Position numbers and translations under genes: made by a program. From an uncultured Chloroflexia bacterium (lineage in GTDB: Bacteria > Chloroflexota > Limnocylindria > Limnocylindrales > CSP1-4), in the NCBI GenBank assembly GCA_963766735.1, contig CAVYBU010000008.1, positions 128,001 to 192,000 of the forward strand: 64,000 nucleotides of DNA, in the 5' to 3' direction. The notes beneath the pieces are model-generated. The model searched no databases, had not been told where the DNA came from, and saw only the letters and a program-made list of their open reading frames with translations. Positions 20,137 to 29,906 of the stretch are shown here, piece by piece. The stretch's first letter is position 1; the number at the start of each line of letters is the position of its first letter.

Positions 20137-21603
20137 TCAGCTCTGCGCCGGCGTCTGCAACGCCGCGCGAATGTCAGTGACCAGGTTCTCGAAATCGGTG
20201 GCCTGGGAAACGTCCTTGGTGGTCAGGGTGGCCATGCCGAGGACCGCGCCCCCGTTCGGGCGGGCGACGATGCGGCCCCAGACTCGCTTGTGGCGGATCA
20301 TAAAGCGGATCGAGAAGCCCCCGAACAGCAGGAGCGAGCCAATCCAGATGAACAGGACCCCGGGATCGCGGGCCACGTTGAGGCCGGTGAACTGGGTCTC
20401 GCGCTCGAAGGTGACCGTGAGATCACCCAGCTGGGTGGCCACGCCCTGGTCGATGATGCCGTCCGCGATCTGAGAACCCTCACCCGCGGTGTACAGCTCC
20501 GCCTGGATCTGGCCGGGCTTGATCATCCCGTCGCCGCTTCCCAGCGTGCCCACCAGCCAGATCACCTCGCCGGCGCCCGGGACGGTGAACGAGCCCACCG
20601 GCCGGTTGTCCGCGTTCGTCCGCCACGCGAGCGGCACGCCGCCCGAGTAGAGGATCTCGCCCGCGGCATCCTTGACCGTCATCACGGCCGCGGCCCCGAA
20701 GAAGGCCTGGTAGAAGGTGAGGTTTCCGTAGCGGTACGGATCGTTGACCCGCACGGTGTGGCGGTCGATCTCGGCCCCGTCCTTGAACACGACGATCTGG
20801 CTGGCGTAGTCGATCGGCGAACCCGTGACAGTGTCGTACTTGTCGGTGAAGTCGATCAGCTGGACGCTGAGGCCCGGTTCGGCGACCACGGGGAGCGTCT
20901 GCCCCTCGGCGACCGTGAACCCAGCGTCGCGATAGCCGAACATGCCGCCGATGATGGCGCCCGCCAGGATGACGACGATCGAGACGTGGGCGATCAGGCC
21001 CGCCCACGCTGCGTACCGGAAGCGGTCCCCGTAGAGGTGGATCGCGCCGTCGTCGGTCGAGAGGAAGCGGAAATGGCGGCCTCGCATGACGCTCTCCACG
21101 ATCGCCAGCGTCTCAGCGGGGGTATGCCGGACGACGATGGCCTCGTGCTGCGGGGCGTGCTCGAAGAACTGCGGCCCCACGTCCACGCGGGGCTTGGTGG
21201 TGGTCCGCCAGATTCCAGGGATCCGGTGGATCGAGCAGGCGATCAGGCTGATCGTCAGGCCCGCCACCAGGATCCGGAAGAGGATCGAGTTGAAGACCTC
21301 GAACATCTGGATGGTGTCCAGGAACCCGGTCCACCCGCCGTACTTGGGACGGATCTCATCCAGCCAGTTGGCCTTCGCGTCGGCACTGACCAGGACCCCG
21401 GGAGGCGCCTGGATGATGAGCGATCCGACGACGCCGAGCGCGGCGATGGCCAGCATGAGCACCATGGCCGTGCGCATGGACGAGAGGAAGTGCCACAGCC
21501 CTTCCAGCGCCCGGTCGACGCGATCCATGAACGAGGGCCCCGCCGCCGCGGCGGCCGGAGCGCCATTCGGCGGAAGCGGCCGGGTGTGGACCTCTTCGGT
21601 CAT
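20137..21603 (-). CDS. resB: System II cytochrome c biogenesis protein ResB/CcsB
   Basis: FLSSMRTAMVLM...GSLIIQ, IACS, H in the third TM, RVNDPYRY, FYQA and RDPG before the last TM. Confidence 0.88.
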   Translation of the reverse strand: MTEEVHTRPLPPNGAPAAAAAGPSFMDRVDRALEGLWHFLSSMRTAMVLMLAIAALGVVGSLIIQAPPGVLVSADAKANWLDEIRPKYGGWTGFLDTIQMFEVFNSILFRILVAGLTISLIACSIHRIPGIWRTTTKPRVDVGPQFFEHAPQHEAIVVRHTPAETLAIVESVMRGRHFRFLSTDDGAIHLYGDRFRYAAWAGLIAHVSIVVILAGAIIGGMFGYRDAGFTVAEGQTLPVVAEPGLSVQLIDFTDKYDTVTGSPIDYASQIVVFKDGAEIDRHTVRVNDPYRYGNLTFYQAFFGAAAVMTVKDAAGEILYSGGVPLAWRTNADNRPVGSFTVPGAGEVIWLVGTLGSGDGMIKPGQIQAELYTAGEGSQIADGIIDQGVATQLGDLTVTFERETQFTGLNVARDPGVLFIWIGSLLLFGGFSIRFMIRHKRVWGRIVARPNGGAVLGMATLTTKDVSQATDFENLVTDIRAALQTPAQS

Positions 21604-21617
21604 ATCCGACTACCTCC

Positions 21618-22410
21618 TCAGAGACCGAAGGGCGACCCGAGGGTCGCCAGCCGGCCGAGTGTGTTGGTGAGCATCAGGACGCCGAGCAGCACGAGCAGGA
21701 AGCCCGTGACCACGTCGACGGCACGGTGGTGGCGCCCGACCACGGTCAGCCGCCGGGAGACCCAGGACGCGCCCAGGGCCACCGCCAGGAACGGGATCGC
21801 GAGGCCCGCGGCGTACGCGACCAGGAGCACGGTCCCCTGCAGGACGCTCGACGTGGCCGTGGCCAGGCCGAGGATCCCGCCCAGGATCGGGCCGATGCAG
21901 GGGCTCCAGCCCGCCGCGAACAGCAGGCCGAACAGGAAGGACCGCGGGTAGCCGGGCCGCTCGCCCGGGCTGGCGATCGACGCGAAGCGCGAGCCCGCCG
22001 GAGGCGCCACCGTTGTCGTCGGAGCCGCCGCCGGCCATCACCAGCCCGCCGCCCATCGAGGGCATGGCGCGAGTGTCGCGCCACAGGGCACGAACGTTGA
22101 TCACGCCCGCCACCTGAAGGCCGAGGAAGACCAGGAGCGCTCCACCGATGGTCGTGAGCACGCGGCGGTCGATGAAGGCCCCCAGGGCGCCGATCACGGC
22201 GTAGAAGGCGACGAACACGAGCGAGAAGCCGATGACGAACGAGAGCCCGTGCATGAAGGCCGGGCGGCGACCGGTGGTGCCCTCACCGGTCGCGCCCATC
22301 ATGTAGCCGAGGTACGCCGGCACGAGCGGGAGGCAGCAGGGGGACGCGAAGGACACGACGCCGCCGATGAAGGCGATGCCGATGCCCAGGATGCTGCCGA
22401 GCTCGTTCAC
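21618..22410 (-). CDS. ccdA: Cytochrome c biogenesis protein CcdA; apparent +1 frameshift at about 21995
   Basis: FASPCCLPLVPAYL in one frame; GWSPCIGPILG...YAAGLAIPF in the next. Removing one G gives 263 aa. The GTG start overlaps the upstream stop. Confidence 0.85.
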
Positions 22411-23624
22411 GGCACCGTGCTCGCCGCAGGCGATGCGGAGGGGGCCGGGGTGGTGCTGAGGGCCGGGGATGCGGCGGGCGAGTTGCCGGGGATCATCGAG
22501 GACTGGGCCAGCGAGTCGAGATGCGACCGGACGGTCTGGGCAAGAGGCGAGGTCGGGTCCAGGTCGATGACCGTGTTCCACTCGCGCTGGACCGCGGTCC
22601 AGTCCGGGGGCGTCTGGTTCAGGTACAGGAAGCCCAGGTCGTAGTGGGCCTCCGCGTTCTTCGGGTCGATGACCAGGACCTTCTTCCAGGTCGTCTCGGC
22701 GGCCGGCAGGCTGCCCAGGTTGAAGCTGACGGCGCCACGGGCCAGCATGGCGTCGACGTTCTCAGGCTCAATGGCGAGGAGCTTGTCGAGCCAGTTGCCG
22801 GCGTCCGCGTACTGCTCACCCGCGTAGTACTCGTCGGCGAGGGCGAGGAGTGCGACCGTGTCATTGGGGTTGGCGGCAAGGCTTTCCATCAGCGAGCTGA
22901 CCTTGGCGAGATCGACCGCCGGCGGCCCCTGGGTGGCCTGGGCCACGGCGCCGGGCTCCTGGGAATCGCCACCGATCGCGCCGACGACCTGTATCCCGCC
23001 GAACCCGACGGCGACGATGGCGATCACGGCGACGCTGGCGATCACGAGCCGCTTCCAGGGGTTGGCGGCCTGGGGAGCCGTGGCCGCTGCGGCGGCTGCC
23101 GGGCGGATGGCCTTGCGATGCTGGATCGGTGCCGCGACCGGGCGCGTGGCGGCCTTCGGCTTCGGCTTGGCATCCGGGAGCATGTCCGGGTGGGCGCTCG
23201 GGGTCACCGATGCGTAGAGCAGCGCGAGGTCGTCCGTGTCCGGGTCATCGGCTGTGGGCTCGATTCCGGCGTCCGCTGCCGCCAACGCTGCTGCGGGGAT
23301 GGGGTCTGTTGCCGGAGCGGAGCCCCGGCGGGCCGGAGGTGTCGCCGGCCCGCCGGGTACGACCGCAGGCGGCCTGGCCGGGCTCCTGAGGGCCGAGCCC
23401 TGGAGGCCGACTGGGTCGGTCAATTGGAGGTACGCCTCGTCCAGCGCCGTGGCCTGGGCGTGAGCCCACCGTCGGAGCTCGGGAGGCGCGGACGCGAGGT
23501 ACTGGCTCGCGGCCTGGTGGAGGTTGTCGAGATCCTCGGGGGAGGCGCTCTTCGGGAGTCCGAGCCGGGCCAGCAGCTCGTTCTCTGCAGCGGACCCTGA
23601 GGTGGGGAGGCCGGGGCCGGTCAT
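22407..23624 (-). CDS. Membrane protein with a J-like N-terminal domain, central TM and extracytoplasmic TPR domain (CycH/CcmH-like accessory of cytochrome maturation)
   Basis: TPR repeats (NPNDTVALLALADEYY, DPKNAEAHYDLGFLY) after a TM; translationally coupled to ccdA. Confidence 0.75.
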   Translation of the reverse strand: MTGPGLPTSGSAAENELLARLGLPKSASPEDLDNLHQAASQYLASAPPELRRWAHAQATALDEAYLQLTDPVGLQGSALRSPARPPAVVPGGPATPPARRGSAPATDPIPAAALAAADAGIEPTADDPDTDDLALLYASVTPSAHPDMLPDAKPKPKAATRPVAAPIQHRKAIRPAAAAAATAPQAANPWKRLVIASVAVIAIVAVGFGGIQVVGAIGGDSQEPGAVAQATQGPPAVDLAKVSSLMESLAANPNDTVALLALADEYYAGEQYADAGNWLDKLLAIEPENVDAMLARGAVSFNLGSLPAAETTWKKVLVIDPKNAEAHYDLGFLYLNQTPPDWTAVQREWNTVIDLDPTSPLAQTVRSHLDSLAQSSMIPGNSPAASPALSTTPAPSASPAASTVP

Positions 23625-23821
23625 CGAAGACCTCCCCGGGGGCGCGGGCGGGAAGCGGCGCGCGCCGACGTGCGATACATCGTGGAACCCTCATCTGATG
23701 CCGCGGGGGACCGCGGCTTGACACCTGCCCTGATTGTCGGCGGCAAGCACCCATGCGCCCATCCGTCGGGGCGCACATTTCGGCCGGGACCTGGACGGGC
23801 TAATGGGTGGAGAGAATCGAA

Positions 23822-23849
23822 ACCCCCTGTACCGGTCGATACAGGGGGT
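23822..23849 (-). terminator. Probable intrinsic terminator after the octaheme cytochrome gene
   Basis: Perfect 10-bp stem ACCCCCTGTA-N8-TACAGGGGGT, about 30 nt past the stop at 23882, followed by TTCGATTCT on the minus strand. Confidence 0.6.
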
Positions 23850-23881
23850 GATTGGAGAGGCTCGGATGCGGGCGCAGAGGA

Positions 23882-26254
23882 TCAGGGGCTCGTCGGCAGC
23901 GCGTAGGTGTAGTCGACGTGAGACTTGCCGTGGCAGGTGAGGGTGCAGCTGCCCCATGCGGTCGGCGTCGCGGCCCTGAACATCTCGTTCGCGCCGTGCG
24001 GGATTACGTTGGGAGCGAAGTTCACCAGGCCGGTCGCTGGCGCCTGCCCATTCACGGCGAGGGCAGACCCGTGGATACGGAAGTGGCACTCCGCGCAGAT
24101 GGCGTTGCCCTGGCCGGCGCCGCGGACGTCGATGTCGCGGCCACCGACACCGTTGCCGGAGATCTCGTTCATGTGGTAGCCGTGCCAGTTGAAGTTCGTG
24201 TCGGCTCGGTAGTCGGCGCTATCGTCGACCATCGGCGCTTCCGCATGGCACACGTAGCAGAGCGCGAAGTCCTGCGCCTGGTAGAGCCCGCGCGGCCTGA
24301 GGTCTCGATCCCTGTACGGCGCGATCAGGATCCCGCGGTTCGGTGAGGCATGGTTGCTCAGGATCGCGTCCGCGGCCGGCTTCGGGACCTGAACGGTCGC
24401 CGAGGCGTCGCCGTGGCAGTTCTCGCAGCGGACGGTGTCCTGGGTTCCAAAGACCCACAGCTTGTAGGGGGACGTCCCGGCAAGGCTGAGCGCCATTGCG
24501 TTCGTCTGGTTCTTCCCCGCGGCCTCCACTGGGTGATAGGAGACGTTCGCCGGGTTCAGCTCGATGCCCTTGTCAAGCGACCAGCGACTCGGATGGGTCG
24601 GATCCTGCGCGGGCAGCTTCGTGAAACCGGAGTGGCATTTGAAGCACAGCTGGTACTCGAAGCCGGACGTGTTCTGAAGCGTGTAGGTCGGCGCCTCACC
24701 GGCCGCGCCGTTGACCACCGCGACGCCGGACGCACCGGCGATCGCACCGGAGGCCGACCAGCCGCCGACGCTGTTCACGGGTCGCGTGGCGTCCGCGAGG
24801 TGCGGCTGGTGACAGTCTCCACAGGCGCTGTGCCGGTCCAGCGTGGCGCCGAACTCATCCTCCTTGCCCGAAACGTGGCTTGAGGGCGACGTGGCCGGGT
24901 GCGAGTACCACGACGACGTCGTCGGGTCGTTCGCCGGGAGCGACGAGCTGGACCAGTCGCTCTGGACGTCGCTCGACGCGCCCGTGCCGTCGTGGCAGAC
25001 GAAGCAGGTCGTCGACTGGGGGCCGGACTGCTGGAGCAGCATCAGCCCCTGGGCATCGTGGGCCGCGTGGCACGAGGCGCACGCGTCTGAGGCCAACCCG
25101 GAGATGATGTGCGGCGAACCTCCGGCGGCGGCTGCCGCGACGGACGTCTGCAGCGCGTACGTGGCCGTCGCGCCCCTGCCGGTCGACGCTGCCAGAGAGC
25201 GGGCGGTCGAACCGATGGAGGGGTCCAGCCGGTAGAGGGGGACGGGCTTGTCAACGGGCTTGCCCTTGCGCTGTCCGGGCGACAGGTCGAGGGACGGCTT
25301 GGTTCCCAGGGCCAACTCCGCCTCGGCCCCGGGAAGCTCGGTGGACCCGTCCATGAGGCGGAACAGGTAGTGCGCGCCCCAGTTCGCATCCACGGTGGCC
25401 CGGATGGCGAATTCGATCTCGGTGAAGCTGTGGGCGGGGAGCGTGATTTCCGTGAGCTCCCGGCCGGCGCTGGTCCTGCCCTGGACGGGCGTCGCCAGCG
25501 GATCGGTGGCCTGGCCGAGGCGCAAACCGGCGGCCTCGATCGGCTCCTGGCGCGGATCGAAGACTCGGCCGTCGTCGGACGCGCCGTAGAACGCCTTGCC
25601 CAGATCCGGGTCCACCATGGGCAGGGTCATCCAGTCGGCGGACGCGCCGGAGAACTGAAGCGCCGGCGCGATCGCGGCGTCGGCATCGGAATCGTTGACA
25701 ACCTGGAACCGGACTCGGTACACGGTGAACCGCTGCGCCGCGTCGAGGGGTGCGTCCAGCTGACCTGGGTCGGTCACCGCACCGGCCTCGCTGACGGTAT
25801 CGATCCAGACATGGTCCACACGCGGACCGGTGGGCTCGACCGAGGGCTCAGCGGACGGTTCAACCGACGGCTCGACCGAGGGCTCAGCGGACGGTTCGAC
25901 CGACGGCTCGACCGACGGCTCAACCGACGGCTCGACCGACGGCTCGACCGACGGCTCGACCGAGGGAGCCGCGGTGGGTGCAGCAGACGGCTGGACCGAC
26001 GGAGCCGGGGTGGGCTCGACCGAGGGAGCCGGGGTGGGCTGGACCGACGGAGCCGGGGTGGGCTGGACCGACGGAGCCGGGGTGGGCTGGACCGACGGAG
26101 CCGGGGTGGGCTGGACCGACGGAGCCGGGGTGGGGTCCAGGGCGCGTGCGGCCGGCACGGCGGGAGTCAGCGCTCCCACGGCGCCCGCAAGGACGAGGAG
26201 CACCCCAAACAGGGGACCGGCCCGGCGGCTTGCGGGTCGTTGCTGGCGGTTCAT
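23882..26254 (-). CDS. Secreted or surface multiheme cytochrome c (7 CxxCH + 1 CxxxCH) with a Pro-rich stalk and a beta-rich non-heme domain
   Basis: Signal/TM, (PTPAPSVQ)n and (PSVE)n repeats, then CASCH, CFVCH, CGDCH, CFKCH, CENCH, CYVCH, CAECH and CTLTCH. Confidence 0.88.
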   Translation of the reverse strand: MNRQQRPASRRAGPLFGVLLVLAGAVGALTPAVPAARALDPTPAPSVQPTPAPSVQPTPAPSVQPTPAPSVQPTPAPSVEPTPAPSVQPSAAPTAAPSVEPSVEPSVEPSVEPSVEPSVEPSAEPSVEPSVEPSAEPSVEPTGPRVDHVWIDTVSEAGAVTDPGQLDAPLDAAQRFTVYRVRFQVVNDSDADAAIAPALQFSGASADWMTLPMVDPDLGKAFYGASDDGRVFDPRQEPIEAAGLRLGQATDPLATPVQGRTSAGRELTEITLPAHSFTEIEFAIRATVDANWGAHYLFRLMDGSTELPGAEAELALGTKPSLDLSPGQRKGKPVDKPVPLYRLDPSIGSTARSLAASTGRGATATYALQTSVAAAAAGGSPHIISGLASDACASCHAAHDAQGLMLLQQSGPQSTTCFVCHDGTGASSDVQSDWSSSSLPANDPTTSSWYSHPATSPSSHVSGKEDEFGATLDRHSACGDCHQPHLADATRPVNSVGGWSASGAIAGASGVAVVNGAAGEAPTYTLQNTSGFEYQLCFKCHSGFTKLPAQDPTHPSRWSLDKGIELNPANVSYHPVEAAGKNQTNAMALSLAGTSPYKLWVFGTQDTVRCENCHGDASATVQVPKPAADAILSNHASPNRGILIAPYRDRDLRPRGLYQAQDFALCYVCHAEAPMVDDSADYRADTNFNWHGYHMNEISGNGVGGRDIDVRGAGQGNAICAECHFRIHGSALAVNGQAPATGLVNFAPNVIPHGANEMFRAATPTAWGSCTLTCHGKSHVDYTYALPTSP
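25828..26135. repeat. Coding tandem repeats: about 6 x 24-bp (PTPAPSVQ) and about 11 x 12-bp (PSVE/PSAE) units
   Basis: ggctggaccgacggagccggggtg and ggctcgaccgac arrays, in frame within the cytochrome gene. Confidence 0.9.
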
Positions 26255-26416
26255 GCTGGCGAGGTCTTCGTCATGGCGAGGGGTTGGACGTACACCCGTA
26301 GAGGCGGTTGACCCGATCGGTTCTCGGCATTGTGACGGACTGTGAGCTGCGCGGAGGAGACGTCAAGCGTCGGCTTTGGCGGCTCTTCGGCGAGGCCCGT
26401 GCCGGTGAGGGTTGCG

Positions 26417-26445
26417 GGTGGCCGGGACGATCGTCGCCGGCCACC
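26417..26445 (-). terminator. Stem-loop immediately downstream of the OmcS-like gene (terminator or mRNA stabiliser)
   Basis: ggtggccgg-gacgatcgtcg-ccggccacc inverted repeat 12 nt after the stop; no U-tract. Confidence 0.5.
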
Positions 26446-26457
26446 GCGCGCTGGTGG

Positions 26458-27673
26458 TTACGGAAGGTACGGGTTCGGGGTCGGTCCGACGAAGTCGCCG
26501 ACCACCATCGTCCCCGTGGGATCGTGACAAGCCTGGCACGTGCCGCGGTTGTCGATCTTCAGGAGGCGAGAGTCGCCCACCGGGGCAGCCGCGCCGCCCG
26601 GGAAGTCCATGTTGGCGGAGTTGTAGCCCGTCATCTGGGCGTTGGAACCGTGCGACACGTGGCACGTGATGCAGTTCCGGGTGGGGTTGAGGGACGTGTG
26701 CCGATACTTGAAGATCGCATCGGCTTCCTCCACATCCCACCCCTGGCTCAGGTAGCGGGAGTGGCACGTGGTGCACCAGTTGGCGATCTCCGTGGTGAAC
26801 GTCGAGGGCATGCCGTTGGGCGCGTCGTTGGACCCGCCGCTCGCGGCATCCCACGGGACGTAGCGCCGGAAGTAGTCACCAGCCGTTGATGACAGGCCGA
26901 GCCCAACAACCTGGCTCGCGTAGAGCGTTCCGGTGCCGCCGGCGGTCTGGATGATGGTGAAGTTGCGCGAGTCGTCGTTCCGGGAGCGGCGCGTCCTGGA
27001 CGACCACTCCTGCAGCCGCAGGCACAAATGCATCGGTGCCGATGGCGACCGGTGCGGGGATGGGGTTGAGGATTCGGTAGTTGCCGTTGCCGTGCGGGTT
27101 GTGGCAGGTGCCACATTCCATCTCGACTTCGGGTCCCGCGTACGCGGCGAGGTCGTTGGGGCCGTTGCCCCAGGCGACGCCGTCGGCCGGTCCCACCACG
27201 CCTGCCACGTTGGGCAGGTGGGCGGAGGTCACCGGCTGCGATCCGGCGGTCCGGACCGGCACCTTGGCTCGCTGGGAGACGTTTGACGTGCCTCTCGGAA
27301 CCGAGAGACGCGCAGCCTCACCCGACCCAATGCGGGCATTGACGAAGCCGCCACCTCGGAGATAGCCAAGAACGACGGAGCCACGGTATGTCGTGGTCCC
27401 GACGCGGTACTGGATGCCGCTCTCGACATCGATCTTGGAACCGAGGCCGGTGGCCCCGTGGCAGGACAGGCAGAGCGCAGTCCCCTCTTCGACGAGGAGG
27501 AACATGCCCTGCGCCGTGTGGGCGCGGTGGCAGCCAGCGCAGTTATCGGAGTTGATCCCGTTTACGCCGCTGTTGTTCGCAGCCACATGTGGTCCACTGT
27601 CTGCGAAGACGGGGACCGCGGCAAGGAACAGCCAAAGACTTCCGGCTGCAATCAGCAACATCAGCCTTCTCAA
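26458..27673 (-). CDS. OmcS/CwcA-family hexaheme cytochrome c (candidate cytochrome nanowire subunit); apparent frameshift at about 26980
   Basis: TTG start after AAAGGAGGTGA; Sec signal ending VFA|DSGPH. Joined frames give CAGCHRAH...LL...CLSCH...GGGF...SAH...CGTCHNPHG..NYRIL...NWCTTCH...YRH...CITCHVSHGS...NRGTCQACH (about 404 aa), the motif order I recall for OmcS. Confidence 0.8.
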
Positions 27674-27777
27674 ACTGTCCTCACCTCCTTTCTCTGTGCT
27701 ACGTGGGCTTGACATTGGCCGCCACGATTGGCGGCGGCGCAGAACTCCGGTATCCACCTCCCTTTGCTGGTTCGGGT

Positions 27778-28848
27778 TCAGTAGCTCCACAACTGCACAC
27801 GGTTGTTGGCGGAGTCGGCGATGTACAGCCGGCCTCGTGCATCGACCGTGATGCCGTTGGGGTAGGCGAAGGCTCCGTCGCCCGAGCCCTGGCTCCCGAA
27901 GCTGCCCAGGTACTCGAGTCGCGACGACCCTTCTTGGTAGCGTCCGAAGACGAAGACGGTGTGACCGGTCGAGTCAGCGACGTAGACCCGACCCTGTCCG
28001 TCCAGGGCCACCCCTCGCGGCAGGCCAAGGTTCCCCTCGCCGGCTCCCCGTCCAACACGGGCGACGATGGCCCCATCCTGACCGTAGACCAGCAGGCGGC
28101 CGTTGTTGCTGTCGGTCACGTACGCGTAGCCGGCATCGTCGATGGCCACGCCGTTGGGAAAGTCGAGGTCATCGTTCTCGCCGAAGATGCGGACCTGCGC
28201 GCCGGATGGATCGAACACCCGCACCCGGCCCGGGACGTCGCCGACGTCGGTGACGTACAGGTTGCCCGCCGCATCGAACGCGAGCCCCAGCGGCTGCCAG
28301 CCCGGGGCGTCCGCTGGCGGGGAAAACGCCCGCAGATAGGCGCCCTGGGTGTCGTAGATGTAGATCGATGCCGTCTGACGGTCCGAGACATAGATCTCGC
28401 CCGTGAGCGGGTTGAGCGCGAGGTAGGTCGGCACGTGGTCGGTGCCCGTGGAACTCGGCGGCAACATGGCCTGCACCTCGTTGCCACCGGTGTCGTAGAT
28501 GCCCGCCGTCTGGTCCCCGGCGGTCTCGCCGATGTAGATCCGCTCGCCGTCAGGCGTCACGGCGACGCTCATCGGACGTGAGGCGCCGTAGATCGACGTC
28601 GTGTACGTGGGCATGATCGTCTCGCCCGGGATCGTCGGGACGGGGATCGGCTGGCGGAACAGCAGGTACCAGATCGCGAGGCCGAGCAGCGCCAGGAAGG
28701 CCAGCAGCAGCATCAGCAGCAGCAGCAGCCGGCGGCGCCGGCGGTTGTCCTCCTCCTCGAGGACGTCCTCCGGAGGGGCCGTGTCGCCCGGTGATGCCGC
28801 CGCGCCTGTCGGGGGGATGGCATCCACGTCGTCGCCGGGAGCGGTCAT
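27778..28848 (-). CDS. NHL-repeat six-bladed beta-propeller protein with N-terminal membrane anchor
   Basis: Repeated PxGvAvD motifs (PLGLAFD, PNGVAID, PRGVALD, PNGITVD) with YVxDS. Confidence 0.9.
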   Translation of the reverse strand: MTAPGDDVDAIPPTGAAASPGDTAPPEDVLEEEDNRRRRRLLLLLMLLLAFLALLGLAIWYLLFRQPIPVPTIPGETIMPTYTTSIYGASRPMSVAVTPDGERIYIGETAGDQTAGIYDTGGNEVQAMLPPSSTGTDHVPTYLALNPLTGEIYVSDRQTASIYIYDTQGAYLRAFSPPADAPGWQPLGLAFDAAGNLYVTDVGDVPGRVRVFDPSGAQVRIFGENDDLDFPNGVAIDDAGYAYVTDSNNGRLLVYGQDGAIVARVGRGAGEGNLGLPRGVALDGQGRVYVADSTGHTVFVFGRYQEGSSRLEYLGSFGSQGSGDGAFAYPNGITVDARGRLYIADSANNRVQLWSY

Positions 28849-29906
28849 CAGTTGCTCCCTTCGGCGCTGGGTGACGGCATGACATCCGGGTGAGCCTGTG
28901 TGCCGTCACTCACGCGGCTCAGCCCGAGCTGCGCGGCCTGGCTCTCGGCGTCCAGCTCGAGGGCCTTCCGGTACCAGACCGCGGCCGTTGCCGGGTCGCC
29001 GCTCGCCTCGGCCAGCAGCCCCAGCCCGATCCGGGCATCGACCCCAGCATCACCGTCCGCGATGGCCTCGAGGCGGGCAACCGAGTCGGCCGGGGCGGAG
29101 GACTCACCGGCCGCGAGTACCGCCATCGCGGTGGCCATGGCGTCCGCCCACTCGGCCTCCCCCGCGTCGCCCGTCGCCGTGTAGGCGTCGGCCAGCGACC
29201 GGTACGGATCCGGCCAGCGCGTGGGCACGAACAGGATGGCCTTCCGCAGGGGTTCGAACGCCTCCTCCGGCTTGCCGGCCTTCACGTACGCGGCGCCGAG
29301 AAGGTTCATCGCGTCCGCGTCGGTGCGCTTGATCGCCAGGGCCCTGAGGAGGTTGTCCACGGCGTCGTCCGGCCGGTCCTGCTGCAGCGCGATCTCGCCG
29401 AGCCCGTAGTAGGCGGTCTGAAGCATCGGGTCCACGTTGGCCTGCTCGGTGTCCCTGGCGATCTCGACGACCTTCGCGAAGTCGGCCGCCGCCGCGTCGG
29501 CGTCGCCGGTCTTCTGGAACGCGAGGCCGCGGCTGATGTAGGCGGCCTCGTCCCGCTTCCCGGTCCTGATGATCTCCGAGTACTGCGCAATCGCATCCTC
29601 GTACCGACCTGCCGTGAAGTACAGGTCTCCGAGCCGGCCCCGTGACGCGATGTCGGTTGGGTCCGTGCGGACAGCCTCCTCGACCACCGCCATCTCGCGG
29701 TTCACGATCGAGGGCGCCGGCGCGCGGAATCTGTCAACGGCGTAGAAGGCGACGAAGGCGACGATACCGACGAACAGCAGCAGCGCGAGCCGCTTGATCC
29801 AGCGGTTCAGCTGCGCCTCGGGCATCGAGGTCAGGGACGTGACCCGGGACATGAATGGCACCTGTACTCCTTGGCCGGCGGAATCAGGGAGACCGACCTG
29901 CGTCAA
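28848..29906 (-). CDS. Membrane-anchored TPR protein
   Basis: Single TM followed by multiple TPR motifs (RLGDLYFTAGRYEDAIAQY, AYYGLGEIALQQ, AMNLLGAAYVKAG). Confidence 0.85.
   Translation of the reverse strand: MTQVGLPDSAGQGVQVPFMSRVTSLTSMPEAQLNRWIKRLALLLFVGIVAFVAFYAVDRFRAPAPSIVNREMAVVEEAVRTDPTDIASRGRLGDLYFTAGRYEDAIAQYSEIIRTGKRDEAAYISRGLAFQKTGDADAAAADFAKVVEIARDTEQANVDPMLQTAYYGLGEIALQQDRPDDAVDNLLRALAIKRTDADAMNLLGAAYVKAGKPEEAFEPLRKAILFVPTRWPDPYRSLADAYTATGDAGEAEWADAMATAMAVLAAGESSAPADSVARLEAIADGDAGVDARIGLGLLAEASGDPATAAVWYRKALELDAESQAAQLGLSRVSDGTQAHPDVMPSPSAEGSN

Noticed and set aside
25828-26135. Possible CRISPR array
   Set aside because: The units are contiguous 12/24-bp in-frame coding repeats with no unique spacers and no cas genes.
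27674-27777. GEMM (cyclic dinucleotide) riboswitch before the OmcS-like gene
   Set aside because: No GxAAA...GAAA...GGxCGCAAAGC core visible in the short intergenic region.
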